Assembly (NCBI GenBank): GCA_934086315.1
Contig: CAKOHZ010000002.1
Coordinates: 296,464-360,463 of the forward strand
DNA from: an uncultured Bacilli bacterium
GTDB lineage: Bacteria; Bacillota_I; Bacilli_A; RF39; UBA660
Length of the DNA: 64,000 bases
Direction: 5' to 3'
The stretch's first letter is position 1. Each line of letters begins with the position of its first letter. A program made the translations under genes and the position numbers. The notes beneath the pieces were generated by a model. The model saw only the letters and a program-made list of their open reading frames with translations, ran no database searches and was not told the DNA's origin. Below are positions 49,805-58,723 of the stretch, one piece after another.

Positions 49805-50490
49805 TATTCTTTACTTCCTTTCTTTTTGTAAATAAATATAATAACAATATAAAATAAAGATATAACAACAACTGGAATGACTACAAAATACCAATACGAT
49901 TTAATAAAATTCCAAACCTTTTGAAAAAAATTAAGCTTAGGAGTAACATCTGGATTGATAATTTCACCAAAATCATCGTGATTTAATTCAGAAGAATCAT
50001 AGTCAATTGAACAAATATCTTCATTTAAGTGCGCTTGACAATATTCAGTATCTCTATAAGTGTTATAAGCATTTACCTTATGAGAGAATTCTTTTATCTT
50101 TTCATTTGGACACTTAGATTTATCTCCACCATAAACTGTTATATTATAAGTTTTTGGTTCAAAATGAATATATGAACCTATCACATATGAATCAAAGAAG
50201 TCATCATAATAACCACTGTATTTCTCATTGCTCTCGCTATCAGTAACTTCTACTTTAACTTTATCTTTCATACCTCTTAAGGTATCACCAAAGCTTAATA
50301 AATAAAAATATTTTCTTTCACGTTCAACTTTATTATCTTTTCCTACTATCTCAAGATCTTCGACCAAAAATACATCCAATTTTTCAGCTAAATTATTTAA
50401 TTCATAATCATTGCATAAAGCGAATAATTTAGGTTGAAAAATCAAAGTAAATAATAGTACTAAAAGTAAAAGATTTATTTTCTTTTTCAT
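49804..50490 (-). CDS. secreted protein with C-terminal TM anchor and basic tail
   Basis: Signal peptide. C-terminal YWYFVVIPVVVISLFYIVIIFIYKKKGSKE. Start overlaps the stop of the giant gene. Confidence 0.55.
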   Translation of the reverse strand: MKKKINLLLLVLLFTLIFQPKLFALCNDYELNNLAEKLDVFLVEDLEIVGKDNKVERERKYFYLLSFGDTLRGMKDKVKVEVTDSESNEKYSGYYDDFFDSYVIGSYIHFEPKTYNITVYGGDKSKCPNEKIKEFSHKVNAYNTYRDTEYCQAHLNEDICSIDYDSSELNHDDFGEIINPDVTPKLNFFQKVWNFIKSYWYFVVIPVVVISLFYIVIIFIYKKKGSKE

Positions 50491-50547
50491 AATTCACCTA
50501 CTTTTCCTATTAAAAATTATAGCATACTTTTTTTTACATTTCCACTA

Positions 50548-51204
50548 CTAAATTCCATGTTTAACTTTTCTTAGTTTACCATTAAAAATAAGGATTGTTA
50601 CACTACTAGAAATAACAACTAATAATATTTGAATTCCCCACCTGACAGTAAAATCTTTAATGTCGTCAAGTATTGTCCTATTAATATCTGGATCTTCAGG
50701 CTCCTCAACTGGAATTGAATTATTATAGTTTTTTATCATACTATCAAGTAAATCTTCAGTTGGTTTATAATTCAAGAATTTAGAAGTACATATCGTAAGT
50801 TTATTTCTATATCCATTACATTTACTATTATCATAAATTGTATTATAGTATGGTAACGAAATTTGTATAGTTCTTAAGTTTGAATTACAAGTTGTTTCAT
50901 TTGTATTAACATAAATGTTAAGTGAATTTCCTTCACTTAAATTTTTAATAGTTACTTCAAAATTTTTTTCTTCAGATGAAGAAAAAACCTCACTATTATA
51001 ACTTAAATATAAACCCTTAATTATGTTATAAAATTTAATTGTATATTCTTTTTTATTTTTATTATACGAAGTTTCATATTCAATATTCATTGAAGCTTTT
51101 TGATACTGAACAAACAATGAATTATCACAACCACCAGTATTACTAGTCGCATTAACAGCAAACGGTATCATTAAAAGTAACGCTATTAAAATTTTCTTTT
51201 TCAT
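50548..51204 (-). CDS. secreted protein with C-terminal TM anchor and basic tail
   Basis: Signal peptide MKKKILIALLLMIPFAVNA. C-terminal ILLVVISSSVTILIFNGKLRKVKHGI. Confidence 0.55.
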   Translation of the reverse strand: MKKKILIALLLMIPFAVNATSNTGGCDNSLFVQYQKASMNIEYETSYNKNKKEYTIKFYNIIKGLYLSYNSEVFSSSEEKNFEVTIKNLSEGNSLNIYVNTNETTCNSNLRTIQISLPYYNTIYDNSKCNGYRNKLTICTSKFLNYKPTEDLLDSMIKNYNNSIPVEEPEDPDINRTILDDIKDFTVRWGIQILLVVISSSVTILIFNGKLRKVKHGI

Positions 51205-51220
51205 ACATTTTCCCTTTCTT

Positions 51221-52873
51221 TTATTCTTTTATTAAAACTGCATGTACTACTAATCTTTTTTCACCATTTCCAGCACATGTAGATAATGTTAAAATTTTAT
51301 CTCCATACTCTATTTTATCATTTGTCTTAAAAGTACTTCTTCCTCTAATAAGTTTAACAAAACTATCAAATTCTTTTTTATTTTCAAAATCAGTTTTTAA
51401 ATAATCAGTAGTGTAATTAACTCTATACCCAGCAAATATTTTAAATTTGTATTCTCCATTAGGAGTATCATAGCTAATAATCATATTCTCACTATTCTTT
51501 CTAAAACTTGAAGTAAGAACATATCTTAATGTACCAAACATTGTACCATTAAGCATACTATGGCCATATATAATATTATTTGAACTAAAGTTAACACTAT
51601 CATTTCTATAATCCATATATAACCAACCCATAGAACTTTTTCTTTTATAGAAATCTCTAGATAGATAATAACTATTATCAGAATGTTGAACTACTGGATA
51701 ATTAATTTCAGTACCATTAATTGTTAAAAATCCAACTGTTTCTTTATTAATCTTTTTTAGTTTAGAAAACACCTTCTCAAAATTATATCTACTATTTGTT
51801 TTATTTTCATTATTTGAAGTATTTGTATTACTATTAGAACTATTATTACTGTTATCAATATCTTCATCATTATTTTCACTATTGTTATTATTTTTATCAT
51901 TAAATCTATCTAATTCGAAATTATTATCAGCTGCGTAACTACCATTATTAATAGCATTATTTAACTCATCAATACTCATCTTTTCAACATATTCATACGA
52001 CTTAACAATAATCAAACTAACTAAGCTTACATAAACGCATAATAGAGATATAAGTTTTAAATTGTTAAATGTTAATTGTTTAAACAAATTATTAAACAAG
52101 AATGTATTAGAATATACGATTCTAAACTCACAAGTATATTCATCTTTACATTTCTTGTTTAATTCTTTTAACCAAGCAAAATTTTTAGTAATAAAGTTAT
52201 CCTCATCATAGCTTTGATGCAAGAACACAATTATATTCCTAGATTCGTCTTTTTTTACTAAATCAATAATTGAACCTATTAGTTCCTTTGAAAACACATA
52301 TATATGTATAGATTTAAGATTATAATTAATTCTTAAAAATTCTTTTAAATCTAAAAGTAACGTACTATAGTTTTCTCTAATTTCTATATTCTTTTTATAA
52401 TATAATGTTTCATAATCAAAAGCATCCTGAAGTAACATAAATCTATCAGATACCTTCTCTTTATTATATAGATTTACTTCAACTCCATTAATTTTAAACT
52501 TATCAATAATGAATTTAGGCATATAATAACAATCTATTTTCTTTAGTGAATTTACTCCTAAAAACATTTCATAATCTGCAAGACCTATTGTAGAAGGAAA
52601 ATCTAATCTTAAATAACTTATATTTAATTCATCTAAAATATATATACTATATTTAAAAGTAATTAATCTTTTTATTGTAAGTATATCTATATTATTATTC
52701 TTTAAAAGTTCTATTACTTTAGAATAATTTTTTCTATAATATTTAAGTGTTAAAAATAATGAAGCATTATAAAACTCTAAACTATTAACATGTTTACTCT
52801 CTTCATCATTAATAGTTCTAAAGTCAAAGAATAAAGTTTTATCTCTAATTGTCAAAACAATATATTCTTTCAT
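51221..52873 (-). CDS. sortase class-B-like catalytic domain fused to an N-terminal ~270-aa cytoplasmic domain via a TM helix and an Asn/Ser-rich linker
   Basis: The C-domain (GFLTINGTEINYPVVQHSDNSYYL…IIYGHSM…ILTLSTCAGNG…RLVVHA) matches the SrtB motifs (INYPVVQ, YGH, LxTC, conserved Arg). TM LISLLCVYVSLVSLIIV around residues 270-290. The N-domain is unassigned. Confidence 0.65.
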   Translation of the reverse strand: MKEYIVLTIRDKTLFFDFRTINDEESKHVNSLEFYNASLFLTLKYYRKNYSKVIELLKNNNIDILTIKRLITFKYSIYILDELNISYLRLDFPSTIGLADYEMFLGVNSLKKIDCYYMPKFIIDKFKINGVEVNLYNKEKVSDRFMLLQDAFDYETLYYKKNIEIRENYSTLLLDLKEFLRINYNLKSIHIYVFSKELIGSIIDLVKKDESRNIIVFLHQSYDEDNFITKNFAWLKELNKKCKDEYTCEFRIVYSNTFLFNNLFKQLTFNNLKLISLLCVYVSLVSLIIVKSYEYVEKMSIDELNNAINNGSYAADNNFELDRFNDKNNNNSENNDEDIDNSNNSSNSNTNTSNNENKTNSRYNFEKVFSKLKKINKETVGFLTINGTEINYPVVQHSDNSYYLSRDFYKRKSSMGWLYMDYRNDSVNFSSNNIIYGHSMLNGTMFGTLRYVLTSSFRKNSENMIISYDTPNGEYKFKIFAGYRVNYTTDYLKTDFENKKEFDSFVKLIRGRSTFKTNDKIEYGDKILTLSTCAGNGEKRLVVHAVLIKE

Positions 52874-52933
52874 TACGCACTCCTAGTATACAAATATATA
52901 ATAACATAAATCTAAATAAAAAAAAATATGAAA

Positions 52934-53473
52934 CTATTCAATTCCATATTTTTCAATCATTTTCTCAAGTACTTTATAATTAATATATTTAAGCTCACTA
53001 CTCATAGCTTCTTGAGCTTCTCCATCTTTAATATATATAAGTAATGGAGCATTAGTAATTTGATCTTTAATATTAGGATATTTTTCTTTTAATGTAACTA
53101 AATAATCAGTATTATCTCCATAATCAGCTACATTCCAATATATAAAATCATCTAATAAATCTTTCTTTTCTAAAACACTATACATTTTTTTCTCGTTACT
53201 ATATATTTCGTCATTACCAGTATAACTTACATATAAAAGTACATCTCCTGTTTCAGTTAAAGCAAAATCAGCATCTTTTGAATTAATTTGTTTTACTTTT
53301 TGATCTAAGAATACACTAGTATTTAATTTATTATTTTTATAAGTTAAATAGAAAGTTCTTAAATATAACGAAAGTATTATAACTAATATAGACACAACCA
53401 ATACAATAAAATAATTACGAGTTGGTATCTTTTTATCAAATATTTCAAATTTCTTCTTTAATAATTTCTTCAT
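52934..53473 (-). CDS. membrane-anchored hypothetical protein, Cys-free; first gene of the cluster
   Basis: N-terminal TM YFIVLVVSILVIILSLYL. RBS GGAGGA. Confidence 0.5.
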   Translation of the reverse strand: MKKLLKKKFEIFDKKIPTRNYFIVLVVSILVIILSLYLRTFYLTYKNNKLNTSVFLDQKVKQINSKDADFALTETGDVLLYVSYTGNDEIYSNEKKMYSVLEKKDLLDDFIYWNVADYGDNTDYLVTLKEKYPNIKDQITNAPLLIYIKDGEAQEAMSSELKYINYKVLEKMIEKYGIE

Positions 53474-53590
53474 ATGTCCTCCAATATCCTACATATACAT
53501 TTTAACACAATAAATTATGTTTTTCAAACTATTTATTTATAGTAGAAAAAATAATTTATTTATTATATAATTCTTTCTAGAGGTATTATT

Positions 53591-54157
53591 ATGCATGAAA
53601 TTTTTAATAAAGAGTTAAGTTATATAAAAGATGAAAAAATTAAGAATAGTTTAAAAACTATGTTAGATTTATTACCAGAGTATTTTTATGAAATTCCTGC
53701 TAGCTCTACTGGCAAATATCATCCTGAATTTACTTTAGGTAATGGTGGTCTTGTGAGACATACAAAAGCAGCTGTGAGAATTGCTTATGAGTTACTTCAA
53801 AATCCAGCTATTAATAATTTTACCGAAGAAGAAAAGGATTTATTATTATTTGCTCTAACTGTTCATGATGGATTAAAAAATGGAAAAATTAAAGGACGTT
53901 ATACAGCAACTGATCATCCTATACAAATGAGTAATTATGTTAAGGAAAATAAAGACAAATTAGAACTTAACGATTCTCAAATTGATTTAATCTGTAGATG
54001 TATTGCTACTCATATGGGACCATGGACTACAGATTTTAATGGAAATGAAGTACTAGAACCACCAAAAGATAAATATCAAAGATTTGTTCATATGTGTGAT
54101 TATCTAGCAAGTAGAAAATTCTTAAATATAAAATTTGAAAATAACGAAATAATTTAA
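53591..54157 (+). CDS. HD-domain phosphohydrolase
   Basis: His…HD motif (VRHTKAAVRIA … LTVHDGLKNG). 188 aa. Confidence 0.65.
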   Translation: MHEIFNKELSYIKDEKIKNSLKTMLDLLPEYFYEIPASSTGKYHPEFTLGNGGLVRHTKAAVRIAYELLQNPAINNFTEEEKDLLLFALTVHDGLKNGKIKGRYTATDHPIQMSNYVKENKDKLELNDSQIDLICRCIATHMGPWTTDFNGNEVLEPPKDKYQRFVHMCDYLASRKFLNIKFENNEII

Positions 54158-54190
54158 AACTGAAGAAATAAATCTTCAGTTTTATTTTGT
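54155..54190. terminator. bidirectional terminator
   Basis: aaactgaaga-aataaa-tcttcagttt hairpin flanked by A and T runs. Lies between convergent genes. Confidence 0.55.
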
Positions 54191-55792
54191 TATAAATTTT
54201 AATGTACTAGGTATTCCAGTAACAGTAGAATCACTAAATTTAGAAACAGTTTCTTCATCTTTAACATATCCACTAGTAGCAGAAACATTTTTAAACATTT
54301 CGTCCATATTAGTCACATTAGAAATATCAAATGAGCTTAAATCTAAAAAGTTAGATTTATTTCCAAAAAACATACGATACATAGTTGTAACATTTAAAGT
54401 ATCAAAATTAGTTAAGTTTAAATTAATTGCTCTAGAATAATTGAACATATTACTCATATCAGTTACATTACTAGTATCAAAAGAATCAAGACCAACAACT
54501 TCAGTAGCACGAGAACTTTGAAACATACCACCCATATTAGTAACTTTACTTGTATTAAAATTACTTAAATCCAAGTATTTCATATTCGAGCCTTGAAACA
54601 TTGAACCCATATTAGTTGAATTAGAAGTATCAAAATTATTTAAATCAATATATTCAAGATTAGTTCCCCAAAACATAGAATTAAAACTAGTAACACTAGA
54701 TGTATCAAAACTGCTTAAATCAATATATTTTACCAGTGTATTATAAAAAAATGCCCCCATACCAGTAACATTCCTAGTGTTAAAACTAGAAACATCTATA
54801 TAAGTTGCTTTACTAGAAAAGAAATAACACAAAAACGAAGTTATATTTGAAGTATCGAAACTACTAAGATCTAATGACAAAAAGTTACTATTTCTAAACA
54901 TATGTTGCATTTCAGTAACTTTAGAAGTATCAAACGATTCTAAACCATCAATTGTAGTTGCCTTAGCATTCATAAACATCGCATACATACTAGTAACATT
55001 TTTTGTATTAATATTACCAAGATCAATACTTACAGCTTCACTATCTCTAAAAGCATTATAAAAAGAAACAATTGGTCTATCATTTATATAAGTACATAAA
55101 ACTGTATTTACAGGATCTGTACTTGTTTTATCTGTTAAGGAAACACTCCAACCATTATTACCAGCAGAAGTATATGTATATTGTCCACTCACATATTCTT
55201 TTTCATTATCAGAATAACAATATATAGAATTATCTAAATATTCTTCCAACTCTATCCTGCCACTAAATTTTTTTCCAATGTTCTCATCTTGTGGATAATT
55301 TCTATTTAAAAAAGTTATTGTTAATTCATATACGTGTGTTACACCAATATCTATTTCCACATCTCTTTTAATATCTTTATTTATCTTATCTTCAGTGTAT
55401 GGAATAGCTTTATAAAAACTCTTACATTCACCATATTCTTCTTGAGTGTCTGTACCATAGTTTTTATAACTCTTACATTTCATATCTAAATGTAAATCAA
55501 AATAATTAATTTGGTTTATTAAATCTTTCCAAACGATATTATAACTTACGTTTTTAGTACCAATATTTTCAACTATTAAAGTTTTTGAAATAGAATCTCC
55601 TGGTAATGCATTTTCCATACTCAAAGTAGAAACATCAGTATATTTAAGCTTTAATTCTTCAGTACTTAAAACTATATTTTTAGAATTATTTTTAATTTCC
55701 ATACTAAAATAGGCATAAGAAAAAGTTATTACTCCAAAGACAAGCGTAATAACAAATATAATAATCATAGTTCTAACTACCCTACTATTCAT
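54182..55792 (-). CDS. BspA-type (DUF285) leucine-rich-repeat surface protein with SipW-cognate-type signal peptide
   Basis: More than ten repeats of the L(D/S)LS.FDTSNVT.M..MF unit. N-terminal MIIIFVITLVFGVITFSYAYFSMEI resembles the SipW-cognate AYFSD-class signal. Confidence 0.7.
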   Translation of the reverse strand: MNSRVVRTMIIIFVITLVFGVITFSYAYFSMEIKNNSKNIVLSTEELKLKYTDVSTLSMENALPGDSISKTLIVENIGTKNVSYNIVWKDLINQINYFDLHLDMKCKSYKNYGTDTQEEYGECKSFYKAIPYTEDKINKDIKRDVEIDIGVTHVYELTITFLNRNYPQDENIGKKFSGRIELEEYLDNSIYCYSDNEKEYVSGQYTYTSAGNNGWSVSLTDKTSTDPVNTVLCTYINDRPIVSFYNAFRDSEAVSIDLGNINTKNVTSMYAMFMNAKATTIDGLESFDTSKVTEMQHMFRNSNFLSLDLSSFDTSNITSFLCYFFSSKATYIDVSSFNTRNVTGMGAFFYNTLVKYIDLSSFDTSSVTSFNSMFWGTNLEYIDLNNFDTSNSTNMGSMFQGSNMKYLDLSNFNTSKVTNMGGMFQSSRATEVVGLDSFDTSNVTDMSNMFNYSRAINLNLTNFDTLNVTTMYRMFFGNKSNFLDLSSFDISNVTNMDEMFKNVSATSGYVKDEETVSKFSDSTVTGIPSTLKFITK

Positions 55793-55804
55793 AAGCTAAT
55801 TATA

Positions 55805-55834
55805 TCAAAAAATAGATTCTTTTCAAGAATCTAT
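55805..55834 (-). terminator. intrinsic terminator after the 61-aa gene
   Basis: atagattctt/aagaatctat stem plus an A6 on the plus strand (T-run on the minus transcript). Confidence 0.5.
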
Positions 55835-56019
55835 TAATCATAAAATATTTCATCTTTCTTAACATTTACATAATCTTTTAAAGCCTTAAATTCTTTATTA
55901 CTTTTAAATAATTCTTGTGATTTACTAATGTTACAAAAACTAGAAATATATTGTTTAAATGTAGTTTTATCTTTTTTTAATGATTCAATCTTAATCTTTA
56001 TTTTATCTTCCATATACAC
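55834..56019 (-). CDS. small hypothetical protein (61 aa), coupled downstream of the 864-aa gene
   Basis: Lies 6 bp after the stop of the 864-aa gene. Begins with MYM, as the 864-aa protein does. Confidence 0.4.
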   Translation of the reverse strand: MYMEDKIKIKIESLKKDKTTFKQYISSFCNISKSQELFKSNKEFKALKDYVNVKKDEIFYD

Positions 56020-56025
56020 TCCTAA

Positions 56026-58620
56026 TTATTTATTTTGAATATATACTATTTTATAATTATTTTTTTTAGCAATTGATTTTAAATCTTCAGTAAGTTCACC
56101 TATTACTACTATAAACTTAGGTATCATAGTATATTTATCTAATCTATCTTTATTAACTTTAATTAATGTATGATCTTCATACGTTGTAAATCTAAGAGAA
56201 CCAGTTTTAATTAGTTTATCATATCCATAACAATTCTTTTCTAAATCAGATATATTCATACAAGCATAGTGCGTTCCGTCATTAGTATAAGAACATAATA
56301 TCTTAAAATCCTGATTATATATTGTATATATAATTAAGTCATCATTATATTCTTTCTTAACTATATCAGGACTATCTATATATAACATTTCTATTTCATC
56401 TAGTGTAACTATTTGATCATTTATGATTTCACATCTATATTTTTTTAATTTATTAAAGAAATCTATTACACTAACCAAATTTCTATTAAAGCCACTACTC
56501 ATAAGATTATCTATATATTGAAGATTCATATCAAAATCGCTTACATTAAACATAAGTTTCATCATGATAAATAAGTTAATTTCTTCAAGAGTAAATACTT
56601 TCTTACCATAGTCTTCAATACTACTTAAACTCTCACTATCAAATACATCACATAATTCTTTTATAGTAGATAGTTCTATCCATCCACTATTTCCATTTTT
56701 GTCATAACCTTTATTAAATAAATAATTACATAATAAGTTTTTATATACATCAGCATCTTTAACAGCAGATAATTCTAATATTAATTTTTTCAATAACAAA
56801 ACGTCATAAGAAGAAAGTTCATCTATCTTAGTAATATTCATATGATTTCCATAAGTAGCAATTAAATCTATTAAATTATCAAGTTCTTTATCACTTAAAT
56901 TAGCTTCATCAACATCACTAAGTATTTCTTTATAATAATTAAAATTTTCAACAGCCTTAAATAATGACTCTTTAGTCTCACCATAAATCATTTTAAATAT
57001 ATTGAAATATTTAATAAATAACTCTCTATTTCTATTACTCTTTACTATGAATAATAATGTTGAAATATTAACAAAATTATATTTAGAATAATCTTCTAAT
57101 AATTCTTTTGATATAAACGATAATCTATTATCAAATATTTCTAATGAATTAATATTATATATATCTGTTTTTAATTTAATATCTCTATCATATGCTGTAC
57201 TTAATAAATCAGTTAATAATTTATTTGATGTTTCTTTAGCTCTTCCCTCTTCACCTTTATGAAGTAAAGAAATACCTATAAATAAAGTAATTTTCTCTGG
57301 ATTATTCTTAGTCATTATAGTTTTATTAAATAATACTTTGAAGAAGTCGAATATAGATTCATAATCAGTATTGTAATCATACTTATCAATGTTATCTAAT
57401 AACTCACTATAGATTTTATTAATAACTTTATAAAATCTATTATAAATTTCAGTTCCATAATATGATTTAAATAAATTTAAACATCTAGAATCACAATCTA
57501 TTATTATTTGCTCTTTAGTACTTCTTTCTGTATCACTATTATAAACTGGTACTATATAAGGAAGTACATAATTAACATCAATATTTATAAGTAACATTAT
57601 TTGTTCTATACTAAGACCCTGTATTATTTTTATTAATCTCTTAGTATATTGATAACTCATATTATTACTTTTAGCATCATATCTAAATAGTTTTCCTTTA
57701 GCATTCAATACACCTTTATTGATAAATATATTCACTATATCATTTATACTTTTATGTTCTATTCCATCAAGCAAACCATATATAACATCTTGATCTAAAT
57801 TGCCTTTACTTTTTAATGCTGAAATGTTTAAATATTTTATTAAATCTATATCATATTTTAATAACTCTATAAGAGTTTCTTTATTTAAATAATTAATCAT
57901 AAATGGATAATTATTAATATATTCTTTCTGTATATCTATAGGCATAGTATTTAAAAGATTAAAATCTTCTCTTATTTTTTCAACCTGCTTTTTAATAAAA
58001 TTTTCTCGTGCATTTCCACTTATATATGTATTATATTTTTCATCTTCTGCATATTTATTTTGTATTGTTTGACTAGCATATTTAATAAACATAGGATTAA
58101 CAGTTATTACAAATTCCCATTGTCTATCAGTTAATTTATTTTTTATCTTATCAAGTAATAATTCTGTTGCCTTTAAATCACTTGTTGATAAAACAGTTAT
58201 TACTTCTTTTAAATCTTCCATATATAATTTGGCTACATCATCTGGTTGATTAAAATAAAGTTTAATATATGATGTGTATTCTTCCGGGTCTAAATCTAGA
58301 ACATTACTATTCATAAAAAACTTATTACCACTTAGCCAATCGCAAACTAATGCTTTTCGTGCTTCAACGCTACCATACCTAAACATAGAAAGATTACTAT
58401 TAAGACGTGACTTTTGAAAATCTAATGGTAATATTCTTATTAAAGAAGGATGATGAAAAAACAAGTAACTTAATACTATTTCATTATTTTCAAATTCTTT
58501 AGTATTCAAATAAGCTTGTTCTATATCTTTTTCGCTTTTATTACCAAGACTCTTAATAAAATCATTAGCTTTTTTTTGAATTTGTCTACTTTTCATTTCT
58601 TTAAATAGTGACATATACAC
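56026..58620 (-). CDS. large cytoplasmic hypothetical protein (864 aa), no recognisable motif
   Basis: Long clean ORF with its own TATAAT-like promoter and an RBS. No TM, no P-loop. Confidence 0.6.
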   Translation of the reverse strand: MYMSLFKEMKSRQIQKKANDFIKSLGNKSEKDIEQAYLNTKEFENNEIVLSYLFFHHPSLIRILPLDFQKSRLNSNLSMFRYGSVEARKALVCDWLSGNKFFMNSNVLDLDPEEYTSYIKLYFNQPDDVAKLYMEDLKEVITVLSTSDLKATELLLDKIKNKLTDRQWEFVITVNPMFIKYASQTIQNKYAEDEKYNTYISGNARENFIKKQVEKIREDFNLLNTMPIDIQKEYINNYPFMINYLNKETLIELLKYDIDLIKYLNISALKSKGNLDQDVIYGLLDGIEHKSINDIVNIFINKGVLNAKGKLFRYDAKSNNMSYQYTKRLIKIIQGLSIEQIMLLINIDVNYVLPYIVPVYNSDTERSTKEQIIIDCDSRCLNLFKSYYGTEIYNRFYKVINKIYSELLDNIDKYDYNTDYESIFDFFKVLFNKTIMTKNNPEKITLFIGISLLHKGEEGRAKETSNKLLTDLLSTAYDRDIKLKTDIYNINSLEIFDNRLSFISKELLEDYSKYNFVNISTLLFIVKSNRNRELFIKYFNIFKMIYGETKESLFKAVENFNYYKEILSDVDEANLSDKELDNLIDLIATYGNHMNITKIDELSSYDVLLLKKLILELSAVKDADVYKNLLCNYLFNKGYDKNGNSGWIELSTIKELCDVFDSESLSSIEDYGKKVFTLEEINLFIMMKLMFNVSDFDMNLQYIDNLMSSGFNRNLVSVIDFFNKLKKYRCEIINDQIVTLDEIEMLYIDSPDIVKKEYNDDLIIYTIYNQDFKILCSYTNDGTHYACMNISDLEKNCYGYDKLIKTGSLRFTTYEDHTLIKVNKDRLDKYTMIPKFIVVIGELTEDLKSIAKKNNYKIVYIQNK

Positions 58621-58684
58621 ACCTCTATTATAATAATTATTATAACAAATATTATAGTAAAAAAATAGACATTTTAAACAAAAG

Positions 58685-58712
58685 AAATAAAAACTAGAGA
58701 TAAATCTCTAGT
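58685..58712 (-). terminator. intrinsic terminator after the helicase gene
   Basis: actagaga-taaa-tctctagt hairpin plus an A-rich run on the plus strand. Confidence 0.5.
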
Positions 58713-58723
58713 CAAAAAATTTA

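Noticed and set aside
52934-53473. Thioredoxin-like oxidoreductase serving the Cys-rich giant
   Set aside because: This membrane-anchored protein contains no cysteine at all, so it cannot be a CxxC disulfide oxidoreductase.
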